The notes below the pieces were generated by a model. The model was given only the letters and a program-made list of their open reading frames with translations. It made no database searches and was not told the DNA's origin. Made by a program: the position numbers and the translations under genes. From NCBI RefSeq assembly GCF_963975365.1, contig NZ_CAXBGF010000006.1:57718-121717 (forward strand): 64,000 nt of DNA. Direction: 5' to 3'. Source of the DNA: an uncultured Maribacter sp. (GTDB lineage: Bacteria; Bacteroidota; Bacteroidia; Flavobacteriales; Flavobacteriaceae). Each line of letters starts with the position of its first letter. Positions within the stretch are counted from its first letter, which is position 1. Shown here one piece after another: positions 39,750 through 51,035 of this stretch.

Positions 39750-42179
39750 TTACCGCAGGGTAGCATTGAGCTGAGTTTCGTACGTAGCTTGTAACTTAGA
39801 CATTATCTTTTCTATTTGCTTTTCTGTCAACGTGCTTTTATCATCTTGTAAAGTAAAACTAACAGCATATGATTTTTTACCTTCAGGCAAATTTTTACCT
39901 TCATACACATCAAAAAGAGTCATATCCTTCAAAAACTTACGTTCTGCACTATAGGCTAAATCATATAGTTCTCTATAGGTAGATTTTTCGTCTAATAATA
40001 ATGCAAAATCCCTTTTTACTTCAGGGTATTTCGGAATTTCTTTGAAAAGAATTGGAGTGTTAGAAAGTTGATTCAAAATTACATCCCATTTGAAATCGGC
40101 AAATAAAATATCTTGTTTAATATCGAATTTTTTCAGGATTGATTTTTTTATCAACCCGAAAGAAACCAAGTTATTTTTTTGATAAGTAAAGCTCAAACCT
40201 TCAGAAAAAAGGGTAGTAGAAGTTGGTTCGCTTTTTAAGTTGTCTAAACCTAATCGAATTAAAATAGTTTTTACAATCGCTTTCAATTCAAAAAAATTAG
40301 TTGCTACTGCTTTGTTCGTCCAACTATCTTGAATAGAATAACCTGATAGTAAAATGCTTAAGTATTTTGGTTCAATTCTTTTACCATCTTTAGTATGATA
40401 TGTTTTTCCAAATTCAAATAATTTAAGATTGCCTCTTTTTCTATTTATATTATAACTGGCTGTTTCTAAAGCAGAAAATAATGAAGCTTTGCGTAATACA
40501 GACAAATCTCCACTTAATGGATTTATAATTTCAATCGATTTGTTCTCGTCTTCTTCAGGCCCTAAAAGTTTACCATAATCAGGATTCGTAAGGCTATTGG
40601 TTAATATTTCAAAATAACCTTTCGCTGCCAAAACATTCCCAATAGTTGTTTGGATTTTATGGTCTTCAATAGGTGAGGTCGTAGATACTGAAGCATTTAA
40701 TTTTTCACTAAATGCTATATTGTTATACCCATAAATTCGTAAAATTTCCTCAATAACATCGACTTGTCTTTGCACATCAACACGATAAGAAGGCACTTCA
40801 AGACCCATACCGGCTTCCGTTACATTTTTTACTTTAATATCTAGCGAAGCCAATATCGATTTAATAGTATCTTGAGGAATTTCCTGTCCGATTAGCTTAT
40901 TAATCTTCTCAAAACCTAAAAACACTTCAAAGTTTGATGTTTTATTTGGATAAAGGTCTATAATATCGGAAGTAATTTCACCACCAGCAATCTCCTTAAT
41001 CAACAAGGCAGCACGTTTTAGGCTATACTCAACATTTTCAATATCAATGCCACGTTCAAATCTAAAAGAGGCATCGGTATTTAATGCATGTCTTTTAGCT
41101 GATTTTCTTATCGAAACCGGATTAAAATAAGCACTTTCTAAAAATATCGAAGTAGTCTCCTCTGTCACTCCCGAACCAAGTCCGCCAAATACTCCTGCTA
41201 AACACATGGGTTTTTCGGCATCACATATCATTAAATCATCTTCACTTAAAATTCGTTCAATCCCATCTAGCGTTACAAATTTGGTGCCTTTTGGTAATGT
41301 TTGAATAACGATTTTATTTCCTTTTATTTTTGCGGCATCAAATGCATGTAAAGGTTGTCCTAATTCATGTAATACATAATTAGTAGCGTCAACAACATTG
41401 TTCTTTGGAGTTATACCTATTGCCTTAAGTCTATTTTTAAGCCAAGCAGGGGAGGGTTGTACAATTAAATTACTAAGCGTAACACCACAATATCGAGGTG
41501 CCAACGTAGAATTTTTTACATCTACATCTATTTTCAATGAACGGTCATTTATATTAAAATGACTGGTTGAAGGAGTTATCAACTCCTTTAAGATTTCTTT
41601 TTGTTTTAGTCCAGCTTTTAAATCTCTTGCCACACCAAAATGGCTCATTGCATCTGCTCTGTTAGGGGTAAGTCCTATTTCAAATACTTCATCCTCTTCA
41701 ATATCAAAAATCTCTGCGCAAGGAGTACCTACAATTAAATCGTTGTCTAAAACCATAATGCCATCATGACTGGTTCCAAGTCCAATTTCATCTTCTGCGC
41801 AAATCATTCCATGGCTTTCTTCACCTCGAATTTTACCTTTCTTAATCTTCCAAGCTTCGCCATCAGCCGTATAAAGTGTAGTGCCTATTGTGGCTACAGG
41901 AACTTTTTGTCCTGCTGCTACGTTTTTAGCTCCACAAACAATCTGAAGTGGAGTGCCAGAACCTATATCTACAGTAGTGACATTCAATTTATCAGCGTTG
42001 GCGTGTTTTTCACAACTTATAACATGACCAACAACAATTCCTTTCAATCCGCCTTTTACAGATTCGAATTTTTCAACACCTTCTACTTCTAATCCTAAAT
42101 CAGTTAATAGTTCACCCGTTTTTTGGGAATCCCAATCTATTTGTATGAACTGTTTTAACCAGTTATATGATATTTTCAT
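39750..42179 (-). CDS. pheT: Phenylalanine--tRNA ligase beta subunit
   Basis: 809 aa. N-terminal MKISYNWLKQF, tRNA-binding domain, and B3/4, B5 and FDX-ACB regions. Confidence 0.95.
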   Translation of the reverse strand: MKISYNWLKQFIQIDWDSQKTGELLTDLGLEVEGVEKFESVKGGLKGIVVGHVISCEKHANADKLNVTTVDIGSGTPLQIVCGAKNVAAGQKVPVATIGTTLYTADGEAWKIKKGKIRGEESHGMICAEDEIGLGTSHDGIMVLDNDLIVGTPCAEIFDIEEDEVFEIGLTPNRADAMSHFGVARDLKAGLKQKEILKELITPSTSHFNINDRSLKIDVDVKNSTLAPRYCGVTLSNLIVQPSPAWLKNRLKAIGITPKNNVVDATNYVLHELGQPLHAFDAAKIKGNKIVIQTLPKGTKFVTLDGIERILSEDDLMICDAEKPMCLAGVFGGLGSGVTEETTSIFLESAYFNPVSIRKSAKRHALNTDASFRFERGIDIENVEYSLKRAALLIKEIAGGEITSDIIDLYPNKTSNFEVFLGFEKINKLIGQEIPQDTIKSILASLDIKVKNVTEAGMGLEVPSYRVDVQRQVDVIEEILRIYGYNNIAFSEKLNASVSTTSPIEDHKIQTTIGNVLAAKGYFEILTNSLTNPDYGKLLGPEEDENKSIEIINPLSGDLSVLRKASLFSALETASYNINRKRGNLKLFEFGKTYHTKDGKRIEPKYLSILLSGYSIQDSWTNKAVATNFFELKAIVKTILIRLGLDNLKSEPTSTTLFSEGLSFTYQKNNLVSFGLIKKSILKKFDIKQDILFADFKWDVILNQLSNTPILFKEIPKYPEVKRDFALLLDEKSTYRELYDLAYSAERKFLKDMTLFDVYEGKNLPEGKKSYAVSFTLQDDKSTLTEKQIEKIMSKLQATYETQLNATLR

Positions 42180-42305
42180 TAAAATATTTTATAGGGCGCA
42201 AATATAAAACAATGCCCGTATACATTCAATAAGCTACGAAGTGTTTATTTAAATTTTTAATTGTAATATTTAAATCGTTTATTGAAAATTAAATCATTTA
42301 CGAAT

Positions 42306-43532
42306 ATGAGATTAAGTTTTGCTTTACTTATTATTTTTATGCTTTTAGTTTCTTGTGAAGAAAAAAATCGAAATCCCATTTTAAAAGAAGGTGTATGGCG
42401 CGTTGAACTTGATGTGATGGACTTTCAAGTGCTACCTTTTAACCTTCGGGTTAATAAAAAGAAAAATAGTTCATATACCATGCAAATAATAAATGCAGAA
42501 GAAGTTATAGAAATTGATGAAATAGTTACTAATGGTGATTCGATTATTATAAAAACACCTGTATTTGAAGGATATTTAGCAGGAACGTTTACCGACAAAG
42601 AAATAAAAGGGCAGTTCATTAAGGAAAGTTTGGATAGGATTGTTCCTTTTAAAGCAATATATGGAATAGAGGATAGATTTGATTCCGAAACTAAAAAGAA
42701 CAACAAAGATGTATCAGGTATATGGGAGACTTATTTTAGTCCACATTCGAACGAAGAATACATAGGTAAAGGAATTTTTTTGCAAAATAAAAATCGTGTA
42801 ACTGGTACGTTTAGAACAACTACAGGCGACTACCGTTATTTAGACGGTATTATGGATGGTGATTCATTAAAATTATCTGCATTCGATGGAGCTCATGCTT
42901 TTTTATTCACGGCAAAAGTTACAGATTCAAGTATGACCGGAATTTTTTATTCGGGCAATCATTTTAAAGAACCATTTGTGTCGATTAGAAATGATGGTTA
43001 CGAGTTACCTGATCCCGATTCTTTAACATTTATAAATGAGGGTTACGATAGGCTAGCTTTTACATTTCCAGAGTCCAATGGAAATATGGTTTCGTTAAAT
43101 GATGATGAATATCAAAATAAAGTAGTCATTGTGCAGTTAATGGGTACTTGGTGCCCTAATTGTTTAGATGAAAGTAAATTTTTAGTGAACTATCTTAATG
43201 AAAATGAAAACCTTAAAGTTATTGGCTTAGCATTCGAATCGGCAAAAACAAAGGAAAAGGCATTTAAAGGTATTGAGCGTTTAAAGGACAGAATTGGACT
43301 TACATATCCAATCTTATTAGCCCAATTTGGTTCGGTAGATAAAGTGGAAGCACAGCAAAAATTACCAATGTTGAATCATGTTTTATCATTCCCTACTACT
43401 ATATTTATTGACAAAAAGGGGAAGGTTCGAAAAATTCATACAGGATTTAATGGTCCGGCTACAGGTGATAAATTTATTGAGTTTAAGAAGAATTTTAACC
43501 AGTTGGTCACTGATTTATTAAATGAGAAGTAG
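42306..43532 (+). CDS. TlpA-family thiol-disulfide oxidoreductase lipoprotein
   Basis: Lipoprotein signal (MRLSFALLIIFMLLVSC) from the internal ATG. C-terminal thioredoxin fold with GTWCPNC. Confidence 0.8.
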   Translation: MRLSFALLIIFMLLVSCEEKNRNPILKEGVWRVELDVMDFQVLPFNLRVNKKKNSSYTMQIINAEEVIEIDEIVTNGDSIIIKTPVFEGYLAGTFTDKEIKGQFIKESLDRIVPFKAIYGIEDRFDSETKKNNKDVSGIWETYFSPHSNEEYIGKGIFLQNKNRVTGTFRTTTGDYRYLDGIMDGDSLKLSAFDGAHAFLFTAKVTDSSMTGIFYSGNHFKEPFVSIRNDGYELPDPDSLTFINEGYDRLAFTFPESNGNMVSLNDDEYQNKVVIVQLMGTWCPNCLDESKFLVNYLNENENLKVIGLAFESAKTKEKAFKGIERLKDRIGLTYPILLAQFGSVDKVEAQQKLPMLNHVLSFPTTIFIDKKGKVRKIHTGFNGPATGDKFIEFKKNFNQLVTDLLNEK

Positions 43533-43540
43533 TATTGATT

Positions 43541-44659
43541 TTAAATTATTGTAGACTTTCCTAAACCAATATTCTCATCATTCATAGTAAAGGTACCATC
43601 TAATTCCATGATATTATCTGCGATGAAATCACCGACATAATTAGTTCCATACTTAGAACTTCCTAAAATATCTGGAGTAACAATTTTTTTGGAGAATGAT
43701 TTTAAAACTGCAGCTACAACGGCATCAGATTCTTCATTCAACTTAAAATGTTGCAATAGCATAGCCATACTTAATATAGAAGCTACCGGATTTGCAATAT
43801 TTTTACCTTTTGCATCTGGGTAAGAACCATGTATTGGTTCGAACATTGCATGTTCTGATCCTATCGAAGCAGATGGGAGTAACCCAATAGAGCCTGCTAT
43901 TACACTGCCTTGATCAGATAGAATATCACCGAACATATTGTCTGTTAAGATAACATCGAATTGAGAGGGGTTTAAAATCATTTGTACGGCAGCATTATCT
44001 ATAAAAAGACAATCTAACACAACATCTGGATAGCTTTCTGAAATGGAACGTACAACACGTCTCCAAAGACGCGATGTTTCAAGAACATTAGCTTTGTCAA
44101 CTAGCGTAACTTTCTTTTTTCTAGATCTGGCCGATTTAAAAGCTAAGTGAGTAATTCTACTTATTTCCGCTTCAGTATATGTACATGTATCGGTAGCGGA
44201 GCTTTGGTCCTCACTAATAGATTTATCACCGTAATATATGCCACCAGACAATTCTCTGAAAATAACCAAATCTGTGTTTTGAACACTAGCTTTAGGTAAT
44301 GGAGATTGTTTTACTAATGATGGAAAGACTTTTACCGGTCTAATATTAGCAAAAAGGCCTAGCTCTTTTCGTAATCTTAATAATCCTTGTTCAGGCCAAA
44401 CTTTAGACTTAGGGTTATCATCAAATTCGGGTAATCCTAAAGCTCCAAAAAGTATTGCATCCGCTTTTTTGCAAAGATCTAACGTTTCTTTTGGAAGAGG
44501 ATTTCCAGTTTTTTTAATTGCTGAAGCACCAATTAAGCCTTTTTTGAAGGTAAAGCTATGACCAAAGGTTTCTTCTACAGAACGAAGGCACTTAATAGAT
44601 TGTGCAACAACTTCTGGTCCAATTCCGTCTCCTTCTAAAACAGCAATATTTAAATGCAT
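43541..44659 (-). CDS. leuB: 3-isopropylmalate dehydrogenase
   Basis: IAVLEGDGIGPEV, RELSGGIYYG and NMFGDILSD motifs. Confidence 0.95.
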   Translation of the reverse strand: MHLNIAVLEGDGIGPEVVAQSIKCLRSVEETFGHSFTFKKGLIGASAIKKTGNPLPKETLDLCKKADAILFGALGLPEFDDNPKSKVWPEQGLLRLRKELGLFANIRPVKVFPSLVKQSPLPKASVQNTDLVIFRELSGGIYYGDKSISEDQSSATDTCTYTEAEISRITHLAFKSARSRKKKVTLVDKANVLETSRLWRRVVRSISESYPDVVLDCLFIDNAAVQMILNPSQFDVILTDNMFGDILSDQGSVIAGSIGLLPSASIGSEHAMFEPIHGSYPDAKGKNIANPVASILSMAMLLQHFKLNEESDAVVAAVLKSFSKKIVTPDILGSSKYGTNYVGDFIADNIMELDGTFTMNDENIGLGKSTII

Positions 44660-44666
44660 AATTTAA

Positions 44667-45839
44667 TTAGCTAATACTTTGTATATCAATATTCGATGCT
44701 TCAATAATTTGATGAATATCATTGTCTTTCACTTCTTTTCTAGAATCTGCATACTGTAAAAACTCTTCGTAAACTAAATCTAATTGTGTTTTGGTAAGTT
44801 CATAACCAACAATTTTGGCGCGATATGCTAAAGCAGCTCTTCCACTACGTGCTGTCAATACGATCGATGATTCGGTTACACCAACATCAGCCGGATCTAT
44901 GATTTCGTAAGTTTCTCTATTTTTTATTACACCATCTTGATGAATACCAGAACTATGGGCGAAGGCATTTGCGCCAACAATAGCTTTGTTAGGCTGTACC
45001 ATCATGCCCATTTTATGAGATACCATTAGACTTGTATCATAAAGTAGTTTACTATTAATAGTAGTATCTAAGTTTAGGTCTGGGTGTTGGCGTAAAATCA
45101 TGACCACTTCTTCTAAAGCAGTATTTCCTGCTCGTTCACCGATTCCATTTATAGTACATTCTATTTGTCTGGCACCATTTAAAACACCTGCGATAGAATT
45201 TGCGGTAGCTAATCCTAAATCATTATGACAATGACAGGAAAGTATCGCTTTATCGATACCTTTTACATTTTCACGTAAATATTTCATTTTAGCTCCATAC
45301 TCATCTGGCAGGCAGTAACCAGTTGTGTCAGGAATATTTAAGACGGTAGCACCAGCTTTAATGACAGCCTCGCATACTCGAGCCAAAAACTCATTATCTG
45401 TACGGCCTGCATCCTCAGCATAAAATTCAACATCCTCTACAAAGGTTTTGGCATAACTTACTGCGGCAATAGCACGTTCAACGATTGCATCTCTGTTAGA
45501 ATTGAATTTATACTTTATATGAGAATCAGAAGTACCAATACCTGTGTGTATTCTTGGCATTTTAGCATACTTCAATGCTTCAGCAGCTACTTCAATATCT
45601 TTTCGCACTGCACGGGTTAATCCACAAACTGTAGCATTTTTAACGAGTTTAGCAATGGCTTCGACAGATTTGAAGTCACCAGGACTAGAAACAGGAAAGC
45701 CAGCTTCAATGATATTTACACCCAGTAGATCTAAACGTTCAGCAATAACTAATTTTTGCTCCATGTCTAATTTACAGCCAGGAACTTGCTCTCCATCTCT
45801 TAAGGTCGTGTCAAATATTTGAACTATATCTTTACTCAT
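44667..45839 (-). CDS. leuA: 2-isopropylmalate synthase, short form without the C-terminal regulatory domain
   Basis: Collinear by eye with the first ~390 aa of E. coli LeuA ([11 protein letters not shown]...[12 protein letters not shown]...[12 protein letters not shown]). It ends where the LeuA_dimer/regulatory domain would begin. Confidence 0.85.
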   Translation of the reverse strand: MSKDIVQIFDTTLRDGEQVPGCKLDMEQKLVIAERLDLLGVNIIEAGFPVSSPGDFKSVEAIAKLVKNATVCGLTRAVRKDIEVAAEALKYAKMPRIHTGIGTSDSHIKYKFNSNRDAIVERAIAAVSYAKTFVEDVEFYAEDAGRTDNEFLARVCEAVIKAGATVLNIPDTTGYCLPDEYGAKMKYLRENVKGIDKAILSCHCHNDLGLATANSIAGVLNGARQIECTINGIGERAGNTALEEVVMILRQHPDLNLDTTINSKLLYDTSLMVSHKMGMMVQPNKAIVGANAFAHSSGIHQDGVIKNRETYEIIDPADVGVTESSIVLTARSGRAALAYRAKIVGYELTKTQLDLVYEEFLQYADSRKEVKDNDIHQIIEASNIDIQSIS

Positions 45840-45984
45840 TATATTTACGTAGTTTTACTCGTAGAACGAATATATTGCCTAATTCACAAAAACTATAATT
45901 TTCGTTATGTCATTTACAACGTTAATACACTTTTTTAGGTATATAAAACACTGAATTAGAATTATTTAAACTCTTTTTTTTACG

Positions 45985-47529
45985 ATGACAAATGCGCATA
46001 AAGATTCTTTATTCGTTTTGGTTAAATCACTATCGAAATCTGAGAAACGTCAATTTAAGCTTTATGTTGGCAGATTAGGAGTGAATACCGATGCTAAATT
46101 TTTAGCCCTATTTAATTTATTGGATAAAATTAAGCATTATGATGAGAAAATAATACTAGAAAGTGGGATAGTTAAGAAAGCGCAACTATCAAACCTTAAA
46201 GCACACCTCTACAAACAGATTTTGGTGAGTTTACGTCTTAACCCTGTAAACCAGAATATTCGTGTTCAAATAAGGGAGCAATTAGATTTTGCAACAATTC
46301 TTTATCAAAAAGGATTATATAAACAAAGTTTAAAAATTCTAGATAAAGTAAAAACCACGGCTATTGAAAATGAAGAAAAGAATATCGCTTATGAGATTGT
46401 TGAGTTAGAGAAAATAATTGAAACACAATACATTACAAGGAGTATTCCTGATAGGGCAAATGAACTTGCGTTACAAGCGAAAGAACTTTCGGGCCATAAT
46501 GTAATGACAAGCAAACTTTCTAACCTTTCTTTACAGTTATATGGAATGATGTTGAAGGTTGGTTACGTACGTAGCGATGAAGACTATCAAAAAGTAAAAA
46601 CCTACTTTAATGACCATTTACCACTTTATAATATAGAAGATTTAGGCTTCCGTGAGAAATTATGGTTGTATAAGGCATACTTATGGTATAGTTTTTTAAC
46701 CCAAGATTTTTTGTCTTGTTTTAAATATGCGAGTAAATGGGTTGATCTTTTTTATGAGCATAAAGAAATGATATACCTTAACCCGGTATTCTTTTTAAAG
46801 GGAAATCACTATTTATTAGAGTCTTTATTTTTTGTTCAATATAGCTCTCAATTTAAGGAAGTATTAGAGCGATTAGAGAATACCATTAAGGAGAAAGAGT
46901 TTCCTGATAACGACAATATTAATTCTTTAGTCTTTATGTATATCAATGCAAATAAACTGAATTTGCATTTTCTGGAGGGTACATTTGAGAAGGGTTTATA
47001 TTTAGTGAAAATCATAGAATATGGTATTAACAAACATCGCGATAGAATTGATATACATCACATTATGGTGTTGTACTACAAAATTGCTTGTCTTTATTTT
47101 GGAGTAGGCGATAACAAAACATGTATTCAATATCTTAAGAAAATTATAGAGAATAAGAATCTGAAAATGCGCGAAGACCTTATGTGTTTTGCGCGAGTTT
47201 TAAGTCTTGTTGCCCATTACGAAGCAGGTATGGACTATCATTTAGAGATTCAATTAAAAAGCACGTATAAGTTTCTTTTGAAAATGGACGATATGCATGC
47301 GGTTCAAAAAGAAATGATCAAGTTTTTAAGAAGTCTTGGTGGAATATATCCAAATCAACTAAAGGCCGAGTTTCAAAAGTTATATGTTGAATTGAAGAAA
47401 TATGAAAATCATCCTTATGAGAAAAGGGCATTTTTATATTTAGATATTATTTCTTGGTTAGAAAGTCATTTGCAAAATAAGCCAGTTTCTCAGATTATGA
47501 GGGAAAAGGCTTTGGCAAAATCACGCTAA
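45985..47529 (+). CDS. Hypothetical all-helical (TPR-like) protein
   Basis: 514-aa ORF with no signal peptide and helical-repeat character. No family recognised. Confidence 0.55.
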   Translation: MTNAHKDSLFVLVKSLSKSEKRQFKLYVGRLGVNTDAKFLALFNLLDKIKHYDEKIILESGIVKKAQLSNLKAHLYKQILVSLRLNPVNQNIRVQIREQLDFATILYQKGLYKQSLKILDKVKTTAIENEEKNIAYEIVELEKIIETQYITRSIPDRANELALQAKELSGHNVMTSKLSNLSLQLYGMMLKVGYVRSDEDYQKVKTYFNDHLPLYNIEDLGFREKLWLYKAYLWYSFLTQDFLSCFKYASKWVDLFYEHKEMIYLNPVFFLKGNHYLLESLFFVQYSSQFKEVLERLENTIKEKEFPDNDNINSLVFMYINANKLNLHFLEGTFEKGLYLVKIIEYGINKHRDRIDIHHIMVLYYKIACLYFGVGDNKTCIQYLKKIIENKNLKMREDLMCFARVLSLVAHYEAGMDYHLEIQLKSTYKFLLKMDDMHAVQKEMIKFLRSLGGIYPNQLKAEFQKLYVELKKYENHPYEKRAFLYLDIISWLESHLQNKPVSQIMREKALAKSR

Positions 47530-47545
47530 GGAAAGTTCTTAATTA

Positions 47546-48415
47546 ATGAAAAGTAATCACATTCAACATTTATTAGAAATTAATTTAGCTGTTTTCTTCA
47601 TAGCTACTTCGGGTGCTTTGGGAAGATATGTACAACTACCTGTTACCATAACTATTGGAGCGCGGGCTATATTGGCTTTTTTAGTTTTGATTTTATTTTG
47701 CTGGTGGAGAAACATATCCTTTAAAATTAAGAGAATAGATATACCAGTAATCTTGTTGAGCGGATTTTTAATGTGTGTTCATTGGGTCGCTTATTTTTAT
47801 GCATTAAAACTTTCTAGTGTAGCTATAGGTATGTTGTCTTTGTTCACGTACCCCGTAATTACTGCATTTTTAGAGCCATTGATGTTGGGGACAAAATTTC
47901 AACGTATTCATTTGCTGTTGGCTTTTTTAGTACTTACAGGTATGTATTTTTTGAGTCCGAATTTAGATTTTCAAAATTCACATACAATTGCGATAGCATT
48001 CGGACTTCTTTCTGCGTTGGCCTATGCTATTAGAAATATTATTTTAAAGAAAAAGGTATCCAAATATAATGGAACTATGCTCATGGTATATCAAACAGCA
48101 ATCGCAGGTATTTTACTTTTACCCTTTCTTTTTACTACTTCTTTTGAAGTTATTTTAAGTCAGTGGCAAGTATTGTTGGCATTGGCAGTATTAACAACAG
48201 CGATAGGGCATACCTTATTCTTAATGACTTTTAAACATTTTACAATAACAACCGTAAGTATAATCAGCGGTATACAACCTGTTTATGGAATTCTGATAGG
48301 AGTTATTTTTCTTTCAGAAATACCAAAAGGAACCACGATTTTAGGTGGGATTCTAATTTTGAGTTCCGTAGTTATAGAAAGTGTTCGTTCTAATAAGCAA
48401 CCTAAAATATCTTAG
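47546..48415 (+). CDS. DMT-superfamily (EamA-like) transporter
   Basis: About 10 predicted TM helices in two EamA-like halves. Confidence 0.85.
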   Translation: MKSNHIQHLLEINLAVFFIATSGALGRYVQLPVTITIGARAILAFLVLILFCWWRNISFKIKRIDIPVILLSGFLMCVHWVAYFYALKLSSVAIGMLSLFTYPVITAFLEPLMLGTKFQRIHLLLAFLVLTGMYFLSPNLDFQNSHTIAIAFGLLSALAYAIRNIILKKKVSKYNGTMLMVYQTAIAGILLLPFLFTTSFEVILSQWQVLLALAVLTTAIGHTLFLMTFKHFTITTVSIISGIQPVYGILIGVIFLSEIPKGTTILGGILILSSVVIESVRSNKQPKIS

Positions 48416-48942
48416 TTATTAATCCCTGGTGTACTTGCTCCAAAATGTAATATAATGTTATTGCCAAATTCAGTGAATTGCTCATCTTTAGCCATTTCAC
48501 GAACCTTTACGGGGTCAAAATCACCATTGAAATATAAAAATGAACCAGTTTGGTTATCATTGTTGTAAATCAGTATTTCTCTTACTGAATTCTTTTTCTC
48601 ACGAATTGAAACAACATTGCGTTTTAATTCGTCATTTTTTCTAAAAACGTCAATAAATGAATTTTCGGTAATACCATTCATTTATTGGTTCAGAAATTGA
48701 GTTCTACTTGCTGTTACACTTGGAAACTGCATGTATCTCAAATCCTTAGTTGTGCCGACTAGAGCCTGCATTTCAGGTGAAATTTCACTAATCATGCTGA
48801 GCATAAATTGAGGTACCCTAACGGCAGTAACTTGATTATCATTCTAATGTGCGTTATAAAATGTATCAATAGAATTGTAGCTGCCACAAGAACTTAGTAC
48901 AAGTAAAAGGCTTAGGGTAATAAAATTTCGTATTATTTTCAA
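48412..48942 (-). pseudogene. DUF4252-like lipoprotein gene interrupted by two in-frame stop codons
   Basis: A single frame reads (TTG)KIIRNFITLSLLLVLSSCGSYNSIDTFYNAH-TAG(48844-48846)-NDNQVTAVRVPQFMLSMISEISPEMQALVGTTKDLRYMQFPSVTASRTQFLNQ-TAA(48682-48684)-MNGITENSFIDVF...STPGINN. The ORF track shows only the last 89 aa. Confidence 0.55.
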
Positions 48943-48966
48943 TGTGCTTGGTGTTTAAAATTGAAA

Positions 48967-49665
48967 TTAAAGACATGCATTCCATATAGGGTCATTTGGT
49001 AAAGGAGCAATAATTTCAACCAATTCTTTTTTTACCGGATGCATCAATTTTAATTTACGGGCATGTAAATGAATACTGCCATTTTCGTTACTTCTATCGA
49101 ATCCGTATTTAAGATCACCTTTTATAGGGCAACCTATTGCGGTTAACTGTGATCGTATTTGATGGTGTCTTCCGGTCTCAAGATCTATTTCTAAAAGGAA
49201 ATAGTTATCAAGTTTCTTAATTGATCTGTAGGTTAAAATCGCTTTCTTACTATCGTTTACTTCTTTACTGTTTGCATAAGACTTATTTTGTTTGGTATTT
49301 CGCTTCATCCAATGTACCAGCCTTTTCTCTGGTTCATCGGGTCTATTTTTTACGATGGCCCAGTACGTTTTTTTAGCTTCTTTTTCTGCAAACATTTTAT
49401 TTAATCTAGGCAATGCTTTAGAAGTTTTTGCAAACACCACAATACCCGATGTTGGGCGGTCTAAACGGTGTACAACCCCTAAATAAACATTGCCGGGTTT
49501 GTTGTATTTCTTCTTTAAATAAGCCTTAACGGTATCGCTAAGTGGTTTATCGCCGGTTTTGTCTCCCTGCACAATATCACCAGGTCGTTTATTGATGATT
49601 ATCAAATGATTATCCTCAAAAAGTACTTGTAAATTATCTATTGTAGAATGTTCTTTATTTGACAA
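48967..49665 (-). CDS. RluA-family RNA pseudouridine synthase
   Basis: LIIINKRPGD and the catalytic VHRLDRPTSG motif. Confidence 0.9.
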   Translation of the reverse strand: MSNKEHSTIDNLQVLFEDNHLIIINKRPGDIVQGDKTGDKPLSDTVKAYLKKKYNKPGNVYLGVVHRLDRPTSGIVVFAKTSKALPRLNKMFAEKEAKKTYWAIVKNRPDEPEKRLVHWMKRNTKQNKSYANSKEVNDSKKAILTYRSIKKLDNYFLLEIDLETGRHHQIRSQLTAIGCPIKGDLKYGFDRSNENGSIHLHARKLKLMHPVKKELVEIIAPLPNDPIWNACL

Positions 49666-49707
49666 TATATTTTCGAGTTATTTGATTGCTGAATGAATTG
49701 AATATTT

Positions 49708-50205
49708 CTAGAATGTTAACTTTTTTCCTCTTACTATTAGAAAAAGAAGAATAAAAACTCCAGTTGTTACTGCTACATCTGCAATATTAAAAATTCCTGT
49801 TCGAAAGAAACCTAATCTAATCTGAAAAAAATCGGTAACAGAACCATGTGCTATTCGGTCTATTAGATTTCCTATACCACCACCAATAACCAATGCGAAG
49901 GCTATCAGTAATAATAAGTTTAAATTTGGTTTACTCAAGATTCTATATAGTAGTATTAGCAGTACTAGCAATGGTAATCCTTGTAAAAATAATCGTTTTA
50001 CAATAGGAGGGAAGTGCTGTCCAAAGCCTAACATTGCACCGGTATTTTCAACATTGGTTAGAATAAAATGTTCTCCAATAACCGAAATATATGCTCTAGG
50101 CTCCACTTTTTTTCGGGTTAATTCTTTCGATACTTGGTCACAACCAACGATCAGCAAAACAATTATTAGGACCCAAAATTTAGAAAAGTTTTTAGTGCTT
50201 TTCAT
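49708..50205 (-). CDS. lspA: Lipoprotein signal peptidase (signal peptidase II)
   Basis: 165 aa, 4 TM helices, NTGAMLGFG and GNLIDR...FNIAD motifs. Confidence 0.9.
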   Translation of the reverse strand: MKSTKNFSKFWVLIIVLLIVGCDQVSKELTRKKVEPRAYISVIGEHFILTNVENTGAMLGFGQHFPPIVKRLFLQGLPLLVLLILLYRILSKPNLNLLLLIAFALVIGGGIGNLIDRIAHGSVTDFFQIRLGFFRTGIFNIADVAVTTGVFILLFLIVRGKKLTF

Positions 50206-50216
50206 AAATATAGAAA

Positions 50217-51035
50217 TTAGTACTGCTCTTCATCATTAGGAAAATCTTGACTCTTTACATCACTTACGTAATTCGAAATGGCATTTCCCATTTCTTCATA
50301 TAAATTCATATATCTTCGTAAAAAACGTGGGTTAAATTCGTGAGTCATTCCTAAAAGGTCGTGAACTACCAGTACTTGTCCGTCTGCATATTTTCCTCCA
50401 CCGATACCAATTGTAGGTATAGTGAGACTTTCAGAAACTTTTTTGGTCAATTCTGCCGGTATTTTTTCTAATACGATACCAAAACAGCCTAATTTTTCAA
50501 GTAATAGGGCATCTTCCATCAATTGTCTGGCTTCTTCATCTTCTTTTGCCCTTACTGTATAAGTTCCAAATTTATAAATAGACTGTGGGGTTAATCCTAA
50601 ATGACCCATCACTGGAATACCAGCAGCTAAAATTCTTTTAACCGATTCTTTTATTTCTGCGCCACCTTCTAATTTTACTGCATGTGCACCACTTTCTTTC
50701 ATAATTCGAATTGCAGAGCGTAAGGCCTCTTTAGGGTCACTTTGATAGCTCCCAAATGGTAAGTCAACCACGACCAATGCGCGTTCGACCGCTCTTATGA
50801 CAGAGGAGGCATGGTATATCATTTGGTCTAATGTAATTGGCAATGTAGTTTCATGACCTGCCATTACATTACTTGCAGAATCACCTACTAAGATGACATC
50901 TACTTTGGCGGCATCTACAATTTTGGCCATAGAGTAGTCGTATGAAGTAAGCATAGAGATTTTTTCTCCGTTCTTCTTCATATCTACCAATGATTTCACT
51001 GTAACTCTTTTATATTCTTTTTTAGCAGTAGACAT
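50217..51035 (-). CDS. panB: 3-methyl-2-oxobutanoate hydroxymethyltransferase
   Basis: MLTSYDY, ILVGDS, KLEGG and GHLGLTPQS motifs. Confidence 0.95.
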   Translation of the reverse strand: MSTAKKEYKRVTVKSLVDMKKNGEKISMLTSYDYSMAKIVDAAKVDVILVGDSASNVMAGHETTLPITLDQMIYHASSVIRAVERALVVVDLPFGSYQSDPKEALRSAIRIMKESGAHAVKLEGGAEIKESVKRILAAGIPVMGHLGLTPQSIYKFGTYTVRAKEDEEARQLMEDALLLEKLGCFGIVLEKIPAELTKKVSESLTIPTIGIGGGKYADGQVLVVHDLLGMTHEFNPRFLRRYMNLYEEMGNAISNYVSDVKSQDFPNDEEQY

